From: Christensenellaceae bacterium
GTDB lineage: Bacteria; Bacillota; Clostridia; Christensenellales; Borkfalkiaceae
Length of the DNA stretch: 64,000 bases
Direction: 5' to 3'
Assembly: GCA_045534905.1 (NCBI GenBank)
Contig: JAZSKQ010000009.1
Coordinates: 40,721 to 104,720 of the forward strand
Shown here piece by piece: positions 42,895-53,297 of the stretch. Within the stretch, counting starts at the first letter, position 1, and the number at the start of each line of letters is the position of its first letter. The position numbers and the translations under genes were made by a program. The notes beneath the pieces are model-generated. The model was not told the DNA's origin, ran no database searches, and was given only the letters and a program-made list of their open reading frames with translations.

Positions 42895-43758
42895 ATGAAA
42901 AGTGCAAACTGGAAAGATTATACCGTCATCGCAACCGGTGACGGCTATAAACTTGAAAAATGGAAAGACGTTGTTTTACTTCGTCCCGACCCACAAGTAA
43001 TTTGGAAGACCGATAAAGATTTAGACAATTATCCGGGGCTTTCGGCAAAATATATCAGAAGCCAAACAGGTGGTGGAAAGTGGGAAAAGAAAGGTAAGAT
43101 GCCAGACGAATGGACGGTGTCGTATAAAGACCTTACTTTTAAAATTAAACCGATGGGTTTTAAACACACGGGTCTATTTCCCGAACAAGCAGTAAACTGG
43201 GACGCCATGCGTGAAATGATTGAAAATTCGGGTAGAGAAATAAGTGTACTTAACTTGTTCGCATATACCGGTGGTGCAACCGTTGCTTGCGCAAAAGCCG
43301 GTGCTACCGTTTGTCACGTAGATTCCGCTAAAGCAATGGTGGAACGTGCTGGGGAAAACGTAAGACTTTCTAAAATAGAAAATCCCAAAGTAAGATATAT
43401 TATAGACGACTGTAAAAAGTTTGTTGAAAGGGAAATACGTAGGGGAAGAAAATACGACGCAATTATAATGGATCCTCCTTCTTATGGAAGGGGACCTAAC
43501 GGTGAAATGTGGAAACTTGAATCCGAACTATTTTCTTTAGTAGAACTTTGTTCTAAGGTTTTAAGTGATAATCCATTATTTTTCTTGATAAACAGTTACA
43601 CTACGGGGCTTCAACCTCAAGTAATAAAAAATATATTAAACGTAACGCTAACCAAAAATTTTGGCGGTCACGTAGATGCCTATGAAGTGGGTTTAGACAC
43701 CCAAGAAGAAGGCGTGATATTGCCTTGTGGAAATAGCGGAATGTGGATTAACGAATAA
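42895..43758 (+). CDS. Class I SAM-dependent RNA methyltransferase (RlmI/RlmK C-terminal-domain-like, COG1092-type)
   Basis: SAM-binding VLNLFAYTGGATVACA and IIMDPPSYGRG motif. 287 aa. The ATG directly follows the ileS stop codon. Confidence 0.6.
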   Translation: MKSANWKDYTVIATGDGYKLEKWKDVVLLRPDPQVIWKTDKDLDNYPGLSAKYIRSQTGGGKWEKKGKMPDEWTVSYKDLTFKIKPMGFKHTGLFPEQAVNWDAMREMIENSGREISVLNLFAYTGGATVACAKAGATVCHVDSAKAMVERAGENVRLSKIENPKVRYIIDDCKKFVEREIRRGRKYDAIIMDPPSYGRGPNGEMWKLESELFSLVELCSKVLSDNPLFFLINSYTTGLQPQVIKNILNVTLTKNFGGHVDAYEVGLDTQEEGVILPCGNSGMWINE

Positions 43759-43768
43759 CGGTGAATTT

Positions 43769-44479
43769 ATGGAAGAATTGAATATACTTCACGAAGACAA
43801 TCACATAATAGTAGTTCTTAAACCTCAAAACGTGCCCACGTGTGAGGATTCGTCTAAAGACAAAGACCTTTTAACCATGGTAAAAGAATACGTTAAGGTT
43901 ACGTATGATAAACCCGGTAACGTTTACGTTGGATTGGTTCATAGGTTAGATAGACCCACCGGTGGAATTATGGTTTTTGCAAAGAGTAGTAAGGCTGCTT
44001 CAAGACTTTCCGAACAAATGAAGGACGGTGATTTTGAAAAGCGTTATTACGCCGTGCTTTGTGGTAAGCCAAAGGAAGAAAAGGGTAAACTTAAAAACTA
44101 CGTAAGAAAGAACGTGGTTAACAATATGGTTTACGTTTGTACTCCTACGGAAAGTGGTGCAAAATACGCTGAATTAGATTATACTATTTTAGAAGAATAC
44201 GGACCACTTTGTTTGGCAGACGTAAGATTATATACGGGTAGAAGTCATCAAATAAGAGTTCAAATGAATTCTATAGGTTGTCCACTTTACGGTGATATGC
44301 GTTATGGTGGTGAAAAGGCTAAAAAGGGTAACTTGGCGCTTTGGGCGTACTTTTTGGCGTTTACACACCCCGTTACTAAAGAGAGAATGGTGTTTAGGGT
44401 AGAGCCACCAAAGGAAGTTTTGCCTTGGGATAAATTCAATACCGAAAAATCGGTAACTATATTAAAACCAAGTTATTAA
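43769..44479 (+). CDS. RluA-family pseudouridine synthase
   Basis: Catalytic HRLDRPTGGIMVFAKS and GRSHQIRVQ motifs. ATG 43769 avoids overlap with the upstream gene. The ORF-track GTG start is 43727. Confidence 0.8.
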   Translation: MEELNILHEDNHIIVVLKPQNVPTCEDSSKDKDLLTMVKEYVKVTYDKPGNVYVGLVHRLDRPTGGIMVFAKSSKAASRLSEQMKDGDFEKRYYAVLCGKPKEEKGKLKNYVRKNVVNNMVYVCTPTESGAKYAELDYTILEEYGPLCLADVRLYTGRSHQIRVQMNSIGCPLYGDMRYGGEKAKKGNLALWAYFLAFTHPVTKERMVFRVEPPKEVLPWDKFNTEKSVTILKPSY

Positions 44480-44480
44480 A

Positions 44481-44516
44481 AAAGTAATTCCGTCCTGTTT
44501 AGGACGGAATTTTTAT
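44481..44516. terminator. Bidirectional terminator between convergent genes
   Basis: An 11-bp stem aattccgtcct / aggacggaatt with a 4-nt loop, flanked by A and T runs. Confidence 0.7.
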
Positions 44517-45040
44517 ATAAAAAATCCTGCTATTTTGTAAATGCCCAAGGCTATAAGTATAAGTGGTGGTAAAAAGCCGATTTTATTTAAGCCCGCCACG
44601 AATTTTGTTCGAGCAAGCAGGATTCCTAACGCAATGGTCAAGGCGTGCATCAATGCAAAAATTATTGGAACGTAAAATGCGTTAATTCCCATCAGTGCGA
44701 GAGAAAGGTTTGCAAGCGCTCCGTCAAGTCCGACTGCAAAACCAATAAATAACGACTGGAGGAATAAGTTTCTTTTAATATTGTAATCGTTGTCTTTTTT
44801 AATTAAATTATAAAGTCCTACAAAAATTAAAATTAGTCCACCGATGCAAGCTGTTTTTTGGGTTAAATACGGTCTTATAAGTTCGGCGGAATAATTTGCG
44901 ATTAAACACATTATAAAAACCGTAGTTGCAACTAGGATAATGGTTGGTATTTTTTTTGCTTTATTGCATGCTAAAGAAAATCCGCAAAAGAAAGAATCTA
45001 TACTAACCGTTATGGCTGTGAAAAATAAAAAATACGTCAT
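44513..45040 (-). CDS. MntP/YtaF-family (DUF204) membrane protein: putative manganese efflux pump or sporulation membrane protein YtaF
   Basis: Six hydrophobic segments with a repeated ..S(I/L)D(S/G)F.. motif (TVSIDSFFCGFSLA, AVGLDGALANLSLA). The start at Met25 (45040) is preferred over the TTG at 45112, but this is uncertain. Confidence 0.55.
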   Translation of the reverse strand: MTYFLFFTAITVSIDSFFCGFSLACNKAKKIPTIILVATTVFIMCLIANYSAELIRPYLTQKTACIGGLILIFVGLYNLIKKDNDYNIKRNLFLQSLFIGFAVGLDGALANLSLALMGINAFYVPIIFALMHALTIALGILLARTKFVAGLNKIGFLPPLILIALGIYKIAGFFI

Positions 45041-45171
45041 TTGTACGTTACCTTGACTGTTTTTATTTGTTATTAATGTATTCCGTGAAGTATTTTTTTG
45101 TGAAAAATACAAAAATGTCGTATTGACTTTAAAATAAATAACATATTTATTTAAAATTTACAAAAAGCAGG

Positions 45172-45200
45172 TTGACAAAAGTCGTATATTAGGGTAAAAT
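45172..45200 (+). promoter_or_regulatory. sigma-A type promoter
   Basis: TTGACA (45172-45177), 17-nt spacer, TAAAAT (45195-45200). Confidence 0.55.
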
Positions 45201-45260
45201 ATTCTAAGTTAATTATAGTATTTTGAAGAAGTTTACCTTCTTTTAGGAGTTACTTGTAAT

Positions 45261-47204
45261 ATGGGAATTTTAAGAACACGCAAACTTGTAATATTTCTCG
45301 TAGCAATTTTATCCGCATTTTGCTTTGCACTAGGCCTTTCGGGTTTCAAAACTGCTAAGGCGGACGTATTGTTAAGTAATTATTTTGCTTACGAGACTGG
45401 TTCGTCTGATTTAGACGTAATGTCTATTGATAACGGTGCAAAATTTAAGGTTTTTTCAGGTAAGTCGGTTGAGGCTAAATATAAGCTCACTGTAAACGAC
45501 CTTGGACTTAAATTCACCCTTCCTGCAGATGCCACCGAATTTGTAGTTAAACTTAATTGTGATTCATACTTTGGTAACGGAAACGAGACTGAGACCGATG
45601 TTTTTAAGAAAACGGTTGAAAATAAGTTGGTTGTAAACGTTGGTCAAAACGTAACGTTTAACGGTGTAGAAAATGCTGTTGTGATAAACAAAGGTCAATC
45701 TTTCTCTCTATACACCACCGTCAATGCAGATGGTTTCGTTGTTGCTTCAATTAGGGTAAATGGCGCCCGCAATGCACTTAGCACGGCTTATACTGCAAAT
45801 ACCGCACTTCGTGTAGAAAACGTTGATAAGACTTGGGCTACTTTATCTTTTTCAGCAAACGTTGCAGAAGGTGTAACCAATTACATGGTACTTGAATCAA
45901 TAAACCAAAAAGCTTCTAAAGGTGAAAATTTTGAAACTAACGTTCATTATCAAGACTTTGTTGAACTTAACGGTGGTATAAAGAATACTGCTGAATGTTT
46001 AATAGAAATCAATGCTGGTCTTTTTGCAAAAGAAGGCAATAAGTTGGTTGCTGAAATTGGTAGAAAATACGACTTAGTTTTACAAGGTACGAACGTTTTT
46101 GGTAATTTCAACGAAACTTCTTACGTAGTTGAAACGGACAGTACTAACGCTATCGTTGAAAATAAAACCGTAGTATTTACTACTGCGGGTGACTGCAAAT
46201 TAATCGTAAAGAATAGTGGAATTGTCGTTGAAGAATACGACGTTGTTGTTAAAGACGAAGTGGAAGATACTTTAGCTCCTGTATATGATTTATCTAATGG
46301 CTATATGCAAGGTGTAAAAGCTTTCCAAAAAGCAATTGATAACTTGGTTTACGATGCTGAAGGCAATACCAAAGTTTCTATCGGAAGTAGTCAATATCTC
46401 ACCTTAAATAAAAACATGTTTAAGGGGTTAGTTAAAGACGACTATACTGGTTTTGACGGTTTGACTTGCAAAATATATTACAAGTCGGAAACTAAGAGTG
46501 GTGACGTATCTAACTATAAAATTCCTCTCCGTGAAGCAGGCCACTATCAATTCTACGTAACCTTTATTGATCACAACGGTAACGAAATGGACGTTGATAA
46601 TTTCTATTTTAAAGACGCTATCGATTCTAACGTTGTATTAAATGGTATTTACGCAGACTATATTTTCTCGTTTGATATCGTTGATACTTCAGAACTTTCC
46701 ATTGATACCTTAAAGGTTGGAACTGGGTACGTTGGTGCTAAATACAATGCACTTCCGTTTGATATTGATGCAACCTTTGAATATACCGATACTTATAAAC
46801 TTTATTACGCTACAAACGTAGATAAGAATAATCCAAACTCTGCAGATTGGGTTGAAATTACAAAATTATCTTCAGCAACCGATAAGGATAAAGATTATAA
46901 GGGATATACTTATGAAGAAATTCGTAACATCGCATACGATGGAAAACTTTCCTTCGTTCCGGATAGGACTGGTTTCTATAAGTTAGAAATGAGCGTTTCT
47001 TCTTCATCTTCAACCAAGAAAGGTACTGAAAGCGTTATTATCGAAGTTGTTGAACCTGTTAAGGAAGTAAAGGTTGGTAAGACTTGGGTAGAAGAAAACG
47101 TTTGGTCAGTTGTTTATCTTTCGGTTGGTACTGTTTGCTTAATTGCAATTCTCGTACTTTTATTCATTAAGCCGAAGGATGAAGACGAATTTGACGTTTT
47201 ATAA
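45261..47204 (+). CDS. Hypothetical secreted, C-terminally membrane-anchored protein (647 aa)
   Basis: N-terminal signal-like segment (LVIFLVAILSAFCFALGLSGFKTAKA). A long beta-rich Asn/Val/Thr/Tyr-rich ectodomain. One C-terminal TM helix (VWSVVYLSVGTVCLIAILVLLFI) and a short acidic tail. I recognise no family motif. Confidence 0.6.
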   Translation: MGILRTRKLVIFLVAILSAFCFALGLSGFKTAKADVLLSNYFAYETGSSDLDVMSIDNGAKFKVFSGKSVEAKYKLTVNDLGLKFTLPADATEFVVKLNCDSYFGNGNETETDVFKKTVENKLVVNVGQNVTFNGVENAVVINKGQSFSLYTTVNADGFVVASIRVNGARNALSTAYTANTALRVENVDKTWATLSFSANVAEGVTNYMVLESINQKASKGENFETNVHYQDFVELNGGIKNTAECLIEINAGLFAKEGNKLVAEIGRKYDLVLQGTNVFGNFNETSYVVETDSTNAIVENKTVVFTTAGDCKLIVKNSGIVVEEYDVVVKDEVEDTLAPVYDLSNGYMQGVKAFQKAIDNLVYDAEGNTKVSIGSSQYLTLNKNMFKGLVKDDYTGFDGLTCKIYYKSETKSGDVSNYKIPLREAGHYQFYVTFIDHNGNEMDVDNFYFKDAIDSNVVLNGIYADYIFSFDIVDTSELSIDTLKVGTGYVGAKYNALPFDIDATFEYTDTYKLYYATNVDKNNPNSADWVEITKLSSATDKDKDYKGYTYEEIRNIAYDGKLSFVPDRTGFYKLEMSVSSSSSTKKGTESVIIEVVEPVKEVKVGKTWVEENVWSVVYLSVGTVCLIAILVLLFIKPKDEDEFDVL

Positions 47205-47218
47205 TTAAAAATAAAATC

Positions 47219-47250
47219 AAAGGACTTCGGTAACCCGAAGTCCTTTTGTG
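47219..47250 (+). terminator. Rho-independent terminator
   Basis: A 12-bp stem aaaggacttcgg / ccgaagtccttt with a 4-nt loop. Confidence 0.7.
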
Positions 47251-47265
47251 TATATTGGAGAAAAA

Positions 47266-48078
47266 ATGAAAAGTTTTGTTGCTGAAAAAAGCGGAAAATT
47301 AGTAAAACTTTCTATGGAAAAAATAGAAGGTTTATCTTATTCTGCCGTAATGAAACTTTTAAGAAATAAAGACGTAAAAATCAATGGTAAAAGAGTAAAT
47401 AAAGACGTATTAATAAACAAAAACGATATTGTTGAACTATATATGTTAGACGTTGTAGTTGAAAAATACTCAGTAATTTATCAAGACCAAAACGTTTTGA
47501 TTGTTGATAAAAAAAGTGGTTTTACGTCTGAAAGTGTATATGAAACCGTTAAACAAAGTAATGACAATGCTTGCTTTATTCATAGATTAGATAGAAATAC
47601 TTCAGGTATAATGATTTTTGCGCTAAACAATATTGCTGAAAAAGAATTACTTTTAGGTTTTAAAACACGTGCTTTTATAAAAAAATATTTAACTACAGTA
47701 ATAGGAACTATGGACAAAAAACAAGATATTTTAACTGCATATCTAAAAAAAGATGCTGAAAATAGTCTTGTTAAAATATATAATAGTAAGGTAAAAGGAA
47801 GCGTAGAAATTAAAACCGGTTACGAGGTTTTGTCAAGTAATAACGACACGTCCGATTTATCTGTTACCCTTTATACCGGCAAAACGCATCAAATTAGGGC
47901 TCACCTTGCTTTTATAGGGCACCCAATTGTTGGTGATGGAAAGTACGGCTATAATCAATTTAATAAAAATCATGGCGAGAAAAGTCAAAAATTGCGAGCG
48001 TATTTTTTGCAACTTAACTTTAAAAAAGAAAGCTTGCTTTACTATTTAAACGGTAAAATTTTTACTACGGAGAATTAA
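47266..48078 (+). CDS. RluA-family pseudouridine synthase with N-terminal S4-like domain
   Basis: HRLDRNTSGIMIFAL and GKTHQIRAH motifs. GGAG precedes ATG 47266. The ORF-track GTG start is 47248. Confidence 0.8.
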   Translation: MKSFVAEKSGKLVKLSMEKIEGLSYSAVMKLLRNKDVKINGKRVNKDVLINKNDIVELYMLDVVVEKYSVIYQDQNVLIVDKKSGFTSESVYETVKQSNDNACFIHRLDRNTSGIMIFALNNIAEKELLLGFKTRAFIKKYLTTVIGTMDKKQDILTAYLKKDAENSLVKIYNSKVKGSVEIKTGYEVLSSNNDTSDLSVTLYTGKTHQIRAHLAFIGHPIVGDGKYGYNQFNKNHGEKSQKLRAYFLQLNFKKESLLYYLNGKIFTTEN

Positions 48079-48079
48079 A

Positions 48080-49795
48080 GTGCCACAAGACGCATTTACT
48101 TTAAATACTCTTACGAAAGAACTTAATTCTTTGTTTAGTAAGGGTAAAATAAATAGAATAAATCAACCCGATGACGATAAGGTGATTTTTACCGTTTTTA
48201 ACGGAAAATCTACAGAAAAACTTTTATTAGACGTTAATCCGGGTGGTCCAAGAATAGGCGTAATAAAACAAGAAAAGGAAAATCTTTTAACTGCGCTTAA
48301 TTTTTGCATGCTACTTAGAAAACATCTATTATCTGCCGAAATAAATAAAATTGAACTGGTTGGTTTTGATAGAATAGTTAAAATTACATGTACGTGTAGG
48401 GCTGACTATAAAGACGATAAACAAATGGTTTTATACGTTGAACTTATGGGTAGGTATAGTAATATAATTTTAACCGAAAACGGTCTTGTTTTGGGTGCAA
48501 ATCGTGGTATAAATATGATATATAACGGCGTTAGACCGTTAATCGTTGGAAAGCCCTACGTTTTGCCTCCCGTAAACGTAAAAAAAGAGCCTAACGACGT
48601 AAGTTTAATACAAGATTTTGCGTCTTTTAACGGAGAAAATTTACCCGAATTTATCACTCAAAAAATTCAAGGTGTAAGTATTTCTACTGCACGTGAAATA
48701 GTGGAAATATTTGCGAAAAATCATAGTATAAATCCAATAGATTTTAAGGTGTTTTTTGACTTTATTAACTATTTTTTATATGGTGAATATGCTAAAGAAA
48801 ATAATTTAAAACCCTGTGTTGTTTTAGAGGAAAATAAACTTAAAGACGTATGTGTGTTTTCCTATTTAACTATGGTGGGAGATAGGCTTTATTTTGATAA
48901 ACTTTACCTTGCAGAAGAGTATTATTACGAACAAAAAAATTATCAAAAAGAATATGACGATTTGACAGTTAGAATCAATGCAAAAATCAACACGGCACTT
49001 AAAAAACACCAAAAGAAATTGAACTCCTTTTTAACTAAAGAAAAAGACTGTTCTTCTATGGAAGAAAATCGCATAAAAGGCGAGTTGATTTTGTCAAATA
49101 TTTACAAAATTAAACAAGGCGATAAGTTTTTAGAAGCTTTAAATTATTACGACGATAATAAGGCAATTATTATCGAATTAGACGAAAAATTGTCACCATC
49201 AAAAAACTCAGAAAATTACTATAAAAAATACGCTAAGCAAAAGCGTTCTTTAGAAACTTTACAAGAGTTTAAAACACAAACGGAATTAGAGATTGAATAT
49301 TTAAAAAGCCTTGTTGTTTTGGTTCAAAATGCCGAAAATATATCCGACCTTAATTCAGTCGTGGAAGAGCTTAAAATAGCTAATATTTTTTCGGATAAAA
49401 ATCAAGGCAAAAAGGCAAAAAAACAAGACGTGAAGCCGTATAGAACTTACGAATATAAGGGTTATAAAATCAAGGTTGGTAAAAACAACGTAGAAAACGA
49501 CGAGCTGGTGGCTTTATCGCATGGAAACGACTTGTGGTTACACGCTAAAGACTATCACTCATCGCACGTTTTAATAGAAAGTAGAACACCTGAAATTCCT
49601 GAGGAAATTATAATTTTTTCAGCCGAGATTGGTGCGTATTATTCAAAAGGTAGAGACGGTGAAAAAGTTGAGATGGTTTATACCTTAAAAAAGAACGTGA
49701 AAAAGCCAAAAAAATCTAAACCGGGTTTTGTTACTTACGATAAATATTCCTCAATCGTGGTAAAGGCGAAAAAACACGCTGAATACTTAAAATAA
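48080..49795 (+). CDS. rqcH: Rqc2/RqcH-family (NFACT, FbpA-like) ribosome quality-control protein
   Basis: NFACT-N start DAFTLNTLTKELNSLFSKGKINRINQP, a central coiled coil, and an NFACT-R region (WLHAKDYHSSHV). 571 aa. Confidence 0.8.
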   Translation: MPQDAFTLNTLTKELNSLFSKGKINRINQPDDDKVIFTVFNGKSTEKLLLDVNPGGPRIGVIKQEKENLLTALNFCMLLRKHLLSAEINKIELVGFDRIVKITCTCRADYKDDKQMVLYVELMGRYSNIILTENGLVLGANRGINMIYNGVRPLIVGKPYVLPPVNVKKEPNDVSLIQDFASFNGENLPEFITQKIQGVSISTAREIVEIFAKNHSINPIDFKVFFDFINYFLYGEYAKENNLKPCVVLEENKLKDVCVFSYLTMVGDRLYFDKLYLAEEYYYEQKNYQKEYDDLTVRINAKINTALKKHQKKLNSFLTKEKDCSSMEENRIKGELILSNIYKIKQGDKFLEALNYYDDNKAIIIELDEKLSPSKNSENYYKKYAKQKRSLETLQEFKTQTELEIEYLKSLVVLVQNAENISDLNSVVEELKIANIFSDKNQGKKAKKQDVKPYRTYEYKGYKIKVGKNNVENDELVALSHGNDLWLHAKDYHSSHVLIESRTPEIPEEIIIFSAEIGAYYSKGRDGEKVEMVYTLKKNVKKPKKSKPGFVTYDKYSSIVVKAKKHAEYLK

Positions 49796-49878
49796 GGCGT
49801 ATAAATCGCTAAATTAAGTTGCAATTTAAAATTTAATATGTTAAAATAATTTTTGAATTTAATCAGTAGGAGAATATT

Positions 49879-51165
49879 ATGAAATATACTTTTGAAAAAG
49901 CAGAAAAAAGTACGGTAAAAATTACTATCGACTTAACCGCTAAAGAATGGAAAGAAGCTAACGACAAAGCTTACGAAAAGACTAAGGGTAAATATAGTCT
50001 TCCCGGATTTAGAAAGGGTAAGGTTCCAAAGCATCTTTTAGAAGGTGCATACGGTACCGGAATTTTTTATGAAGAAGCAATAAATATTGCATTCCCTAAA
50101 TACTATGGTGAAGTTTTAGATAAAGAAACTTCTATCGACCCCGTAGCAGGTCCGGACATTGATATTAAAAAGATTAGCGACAAAGGTATATCTATAGTTG
50201 CAATCGTTCCCGTAAAGCCAGAAGTTAAACTTGGTGATTATAAGGGTATAAGTTTTAAGAAAATTGAGTATAATGTCAAGGACGAAGATATTGACGCAGA
50301 ATTAACTCGTTTACAAGAACGCAATTCTCGTATGGTTGACGTAGAAGGTAGAGCTGTTGAAAACGGCGACACCGTAAACATCGATTATTCAGGTTCAGTT
50401 GACGGTGTAAAGTTTGAAGGTGGCACTGCTGAAAAACAAAATTTAGTTATTGGTAGTGGTTCGTTCATTCCTGGCTTTGAAGAACAACTTATCGGTATGA
50501 ATATCGGTGAAGAAAAAGACATCAACGTTAAATTCCCCGAAGAATATCATTCAGAAGAATTAAAGGGTAAAGATTCCGTATTCCATATTAAACTTCACGA
50601 AATTAAGAAGAAGGAACTTCCTGAAATTAACGACGAATTTATAAAGGACGCTGCAGGTGCAGAAAGTGTTGAAGCTTATAAAAAAGAAGTTGCAGAAAGA
50701 CTTGAAAAGCAAAATAAAGACCGTGCAGATAGAGAAATTGAAGACGAAATCGTTAAGGTTATTACCGACAACGCTACCGTTGAAATTTGCGACGCTTTAG
50801 TTGAAAATCAAATCGACCGCATGGTACAAGAAATGTCATATCGTCTTTCATATCAAGGATTAAAACTTGAAGACTACTTAAAGTACACTGGCCAAAGCAT
50901 GGAAGATTTTAGAAAGGGTTATGCTGAACAAGCACAAGGCATGGTAAAATCACAGCTTGTAATTGACGCTATAATCACTGCTGAAAAAATCGAAGCTACC
51001 GAAGCAGACGTTGAAGAAAGAATTGCTGAAATGGCAAAATCACAAAACAAGCCTGTTCCAGACGTTAAAAAGAACTTTAACGCACGTCAACTTGACTACG
51101 TTAAAAACGAAATTATTATTAAGAAATTATTTGATTTCTTAAAAACCGAAAATACTATTGCCTAA
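49879..51165 (+). CDS. tig: Trigger factor
   Basis: N-terminal ribosome-binding GFRKGKVP motif and a central FKBP-type PPIase domain. 428 aa. It lies upstream of clpP-clpX. Confidence 0.93.
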   Translation: MKYTFEKAEKSTVKITIDLTAKEWKEANDKAYEKTKGKYSLPGFRKGKVPKHLLEGAYGTGIFYEEAINIAFPKYYGEVLDKETSIDPVAGPDIDIKKISDKGISIVAIVPVKPEVKLGDYKGISFKKIEYNVKDEDIDAELTRLQERNSRMVDVEGRAVENGDTVNIDYSGSVDGVKFEGGTAEKQNLVIGSGSFIPGFEEQLIGMNIGEEKDINVKFPEEYHSEELKGKDSVFHIKLHEIKKKELPEINDEFIKDAAGAESVEAYKKEVAERLEKQNKDRADREIEDEIVKVITDNATVEICDALVENQIDRMVQEMSYRLSYQGLKLEDYLKYTGQSMEDFRKGYAEQAQGMVKSQLVIDAIITAEKIEATEADVEERIAEMAKSQNKPVPDVKKNFNARQLDYVKNEIIIKKLFDFLKTENTIA

Positions 51166-51182
51166 TTTTATAGGAGAATATA

Positions 51183-51779
51183 ATGGAAATTAAGAACACC
51201 GTAGTTCCCTACGTCGTAGAACAAACTGGCAAAGGGGAAAGAAGTTACGATATATATTCAAGACTTTTAGAGGATAGAATTATATTTTTAACGGGCGAAA
51301 TTAACGATGCCGTTGCAGACACCGTAGTTGCTCAACTTATTTACCTTGAAGGTAAAGACCCAAATAAAGATATAAGTCTTTATATAAATAGTCCAGGCGG
51401 AAGCGTTACTGCTGGTCTTGCTATATACGATACGATGAATTATATCAAGTGTGACGTAAGCACTATTTGTATAGGTCTTGCTGCTTCTATGGGTGCTTTC
51501 TTACTTTCAAGTGGTGCTAAGGGTAAGCGTTTTGCTTTGCCTAATAGCGAAATTATGATACATCAACCTTTAGGTGGTGCACAAGGTCAAGCAAGTGATA
51601 TAAAAATTCAAGCCGACCATATAATAAAGACTAAACATCGTTTGAATGCAATTCTTGCTAAAAATAGTGGTAAACCTATAGAGGTTGTAGAAAAAGATAC
51701 CGATAGAGATAACTATTTATCGGCAGAAGATGCTAAAGAATACGGACTTGTTGACGAAATTTTCGTTACTCGCCCATAA
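51183..51779 (+). CDS. clpP: ATP-dependent Clp protease proteolytic subunit
   Basis: [15 protein letters not shown], the active-site region [11 protein letters not shown], and IMIHQP. Confidence 0.95.
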   Translation: MEIKNTVVPYVVEQTGKGERSYDIYSRLLEDRIIFLTGEINDAVADTVVAQLIYLEGKDPNKDISLYINSPGGSVTAGLAIYDTMNYIKCDVSTICIGLAASMGAFLLSSGAKGKRFALPNSEIMIHQPLGGAQGQASDIKIQADHIIKTKHRLNAILAKNSGKPIEVVEKDTDRDNYLSAEDAKEYGLVDEIFVTRP

Positions 51780-51793
51780 TTTTTTGGAGATAT

Positions 51794-53020
51794 ATGAAAG
51801 ATAAAGACCAACTTTACTGTTCTTTTTGTGGCAAAACTAAAGAACTTACAAAACGCTTGATTGCCGGTCCCAGTGGAATATATATTTGCGACGAATGTAT
51901 TGACGTTTGTCGTGAAGTATTAAAGGAGGACGAGGAAAAAGCTAAAGCCAAACATCAAATAAAATTGTTAAAGCCTTTCGAAATTAAAGAAAGGCTTGAC
52001 GATTATATTATCGGTCAAGACGAGGCTAAAAAAGTTTTATCCGTTGCGGTCTATAATCATTATAAGCGCATAAACGCAAGTATGGAAAACGCCGACGTAG
52101 AATTAGATAAAAGTAATATCTTACTTTTAGGTCCTACCGGAAGTGGGAAAACCCTTCTTGCAAAAACTTTGGCGAAAATATTAGACGTGCCGTTTGCAGT
52201 TGCCGATGCTACTACCTTAACCGAGGCTGGTTACGTTGGCGAAGACGTTGAAAATATTTTGTTAAAGCTTATTCAGTCTGCAGATTTTGACGTAGAAAAA
52301 GCGCAAAAGGGTATTATTTATATAGACGAAATAGATAAAATTGCAAGAAAAGGCGAAAACGTGTCTATTACGAGAGACGTTTCCGGCGAAGGCGTTCAAC
52401 AAGCTTTATTAAAAATTATTGAGAGCACTGTTGCTAACGTTCCTCCTCAAGGTGGAAGAAAGCACCCTCAACAAGAATGTATCAGAATAGATACTACTAA
52501 CATATTGTTTATTTTGGGTGGCGCTTTTGTAGGTCTTTCAGACATTGTCGCTAAAAGAAAAGAAACCTCCAGCTTAGGCTTTGGTGGTAACGTTAAGAAA
52601 GATAAAACCGACGTTTATTCTTGCATAAGGGATATTCAACCACAAGACTTGATAAAATACGGCTTAATTCCTGAATTCGTTGGTAGAGTGCCTATTACCG
52701 TAGGATTGCACCCGTTAAACGAAGATGCTTTGGTTAATATTTTAACTAAACCTAAAAATGCTTTAATAAAACAATACAAAAAGCTTATTGGTTTAGATAA
52801 CGTTAATTTAGAGATAACAGACGATGCTGTAAAGGCAATAGCAAAACGTGCTATTGAGTTAAACACTGGTGCAAGAGGTTTAAGGACAATACTTGAAAAC
52901 CTTATGATAGACACTATGTACGAAATTCCGTCCGATGATAAAATCGAGAAAGTAGTAATAGGTAAAGGGGTTGTAACCGATGGTGAAAAGCCTGAAGTTA
53001 TTAGAAAAGAAATTGCATAA
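51794..53020 (+). CDS. clpX: ATP-dependent Clp protease ATP-binding subunit ClpX
   Basis: N-terminal zinc finger CSFCGK..CDEC, Walker [18 protein letters not shown], and the pore loop GYVGEDVE. Confidence 0.95.
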   Translation: MKDKDQLYCSFCGKTKELTKRLIAGPSGIYICDECIDVCREVLKEDEEKAKAKHQIKLLKPFEIKERLDDYIIGQDEAKKVLSVAVYNHYKRINASMENADVELDKSNILLLGPTGSGKTLLAKTLAKILDVPFAVADATTLTEAGYVGEDVENILLKLIQSADFDVEKAQKGIIYIDEIDKIARKGENVSITRDVSGEGVQQALLKIIESTVANVPPQGGRKHPQQECIRIDTTNILFILGGAFVGLSDIVAKRKETSSLGFGGNVKKDKTDVYSCIRDIQPQDLIKYGLIPEFVGRVPITVGLHPLNEDALVNILTKPKNALIKQYKKLIGLDNVNLEITDDAVKAIAKRAIELNTGARGLRTILENLMIDTMYEIPSDDKIEKVVIGKGVVTDGEKPEVIRKEIA

Positions 53021-53028
53021 CGATAGTA

Positions 53029-53072
53029 TTTTTCAGACGAAAACTTTTACGTATTCGTCTGAAAATTTTTTT
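53029..53072 (+). terminator. Rho-independent terminator after clpX
   Basis: A 10-bp stem ttcagacgaa / ttcgtctgaa followed by aattttttt. Confidence 0.65.
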
Positions 53073-53092
53073 AAAAAACATAGTAAAAACGT

Positions 53093-53121
53093 TTGACAAG
53101 AAGATAAAAGTCCATTATAAT
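53093..53121 (+). promoter_or_regulatory. Consensus sigma-A promoter of the S10 ribosomal protein operon
   Basis: TTGACA (53093-53098), 17-nt spacer, TATAAT (53116-53121). Confidence 0.65.
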
Positions 53122-53247
53122 TTAATGGCTGTGTAAATTGGGATGATATGGAAAGTTACTTAAATCAAGCGAAATGATAGATAATTTCCATTGACAAATG
53201 TAAGGGCAAAGACCCTTGCGACTAACTTCGATAGAAGAGAGTATAGG

Positions 53248-53297
53248 TCATTCGCAGCGACTTAAAAGAATTTAAGTATCGGCGAATGAATTTTTTA
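53248..53297 (+). terminator. Terminator-like hairpin inside the S10 operon leader (candidate attenuator)
   Basis: Outer stem tcattcgc / gcgaatga and inner stem cttaaa-agaa-tttaag, followed by a-tttttt-a. It sits 64 nt upstream of the rpsJ ATG. Confidence 0.45.
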
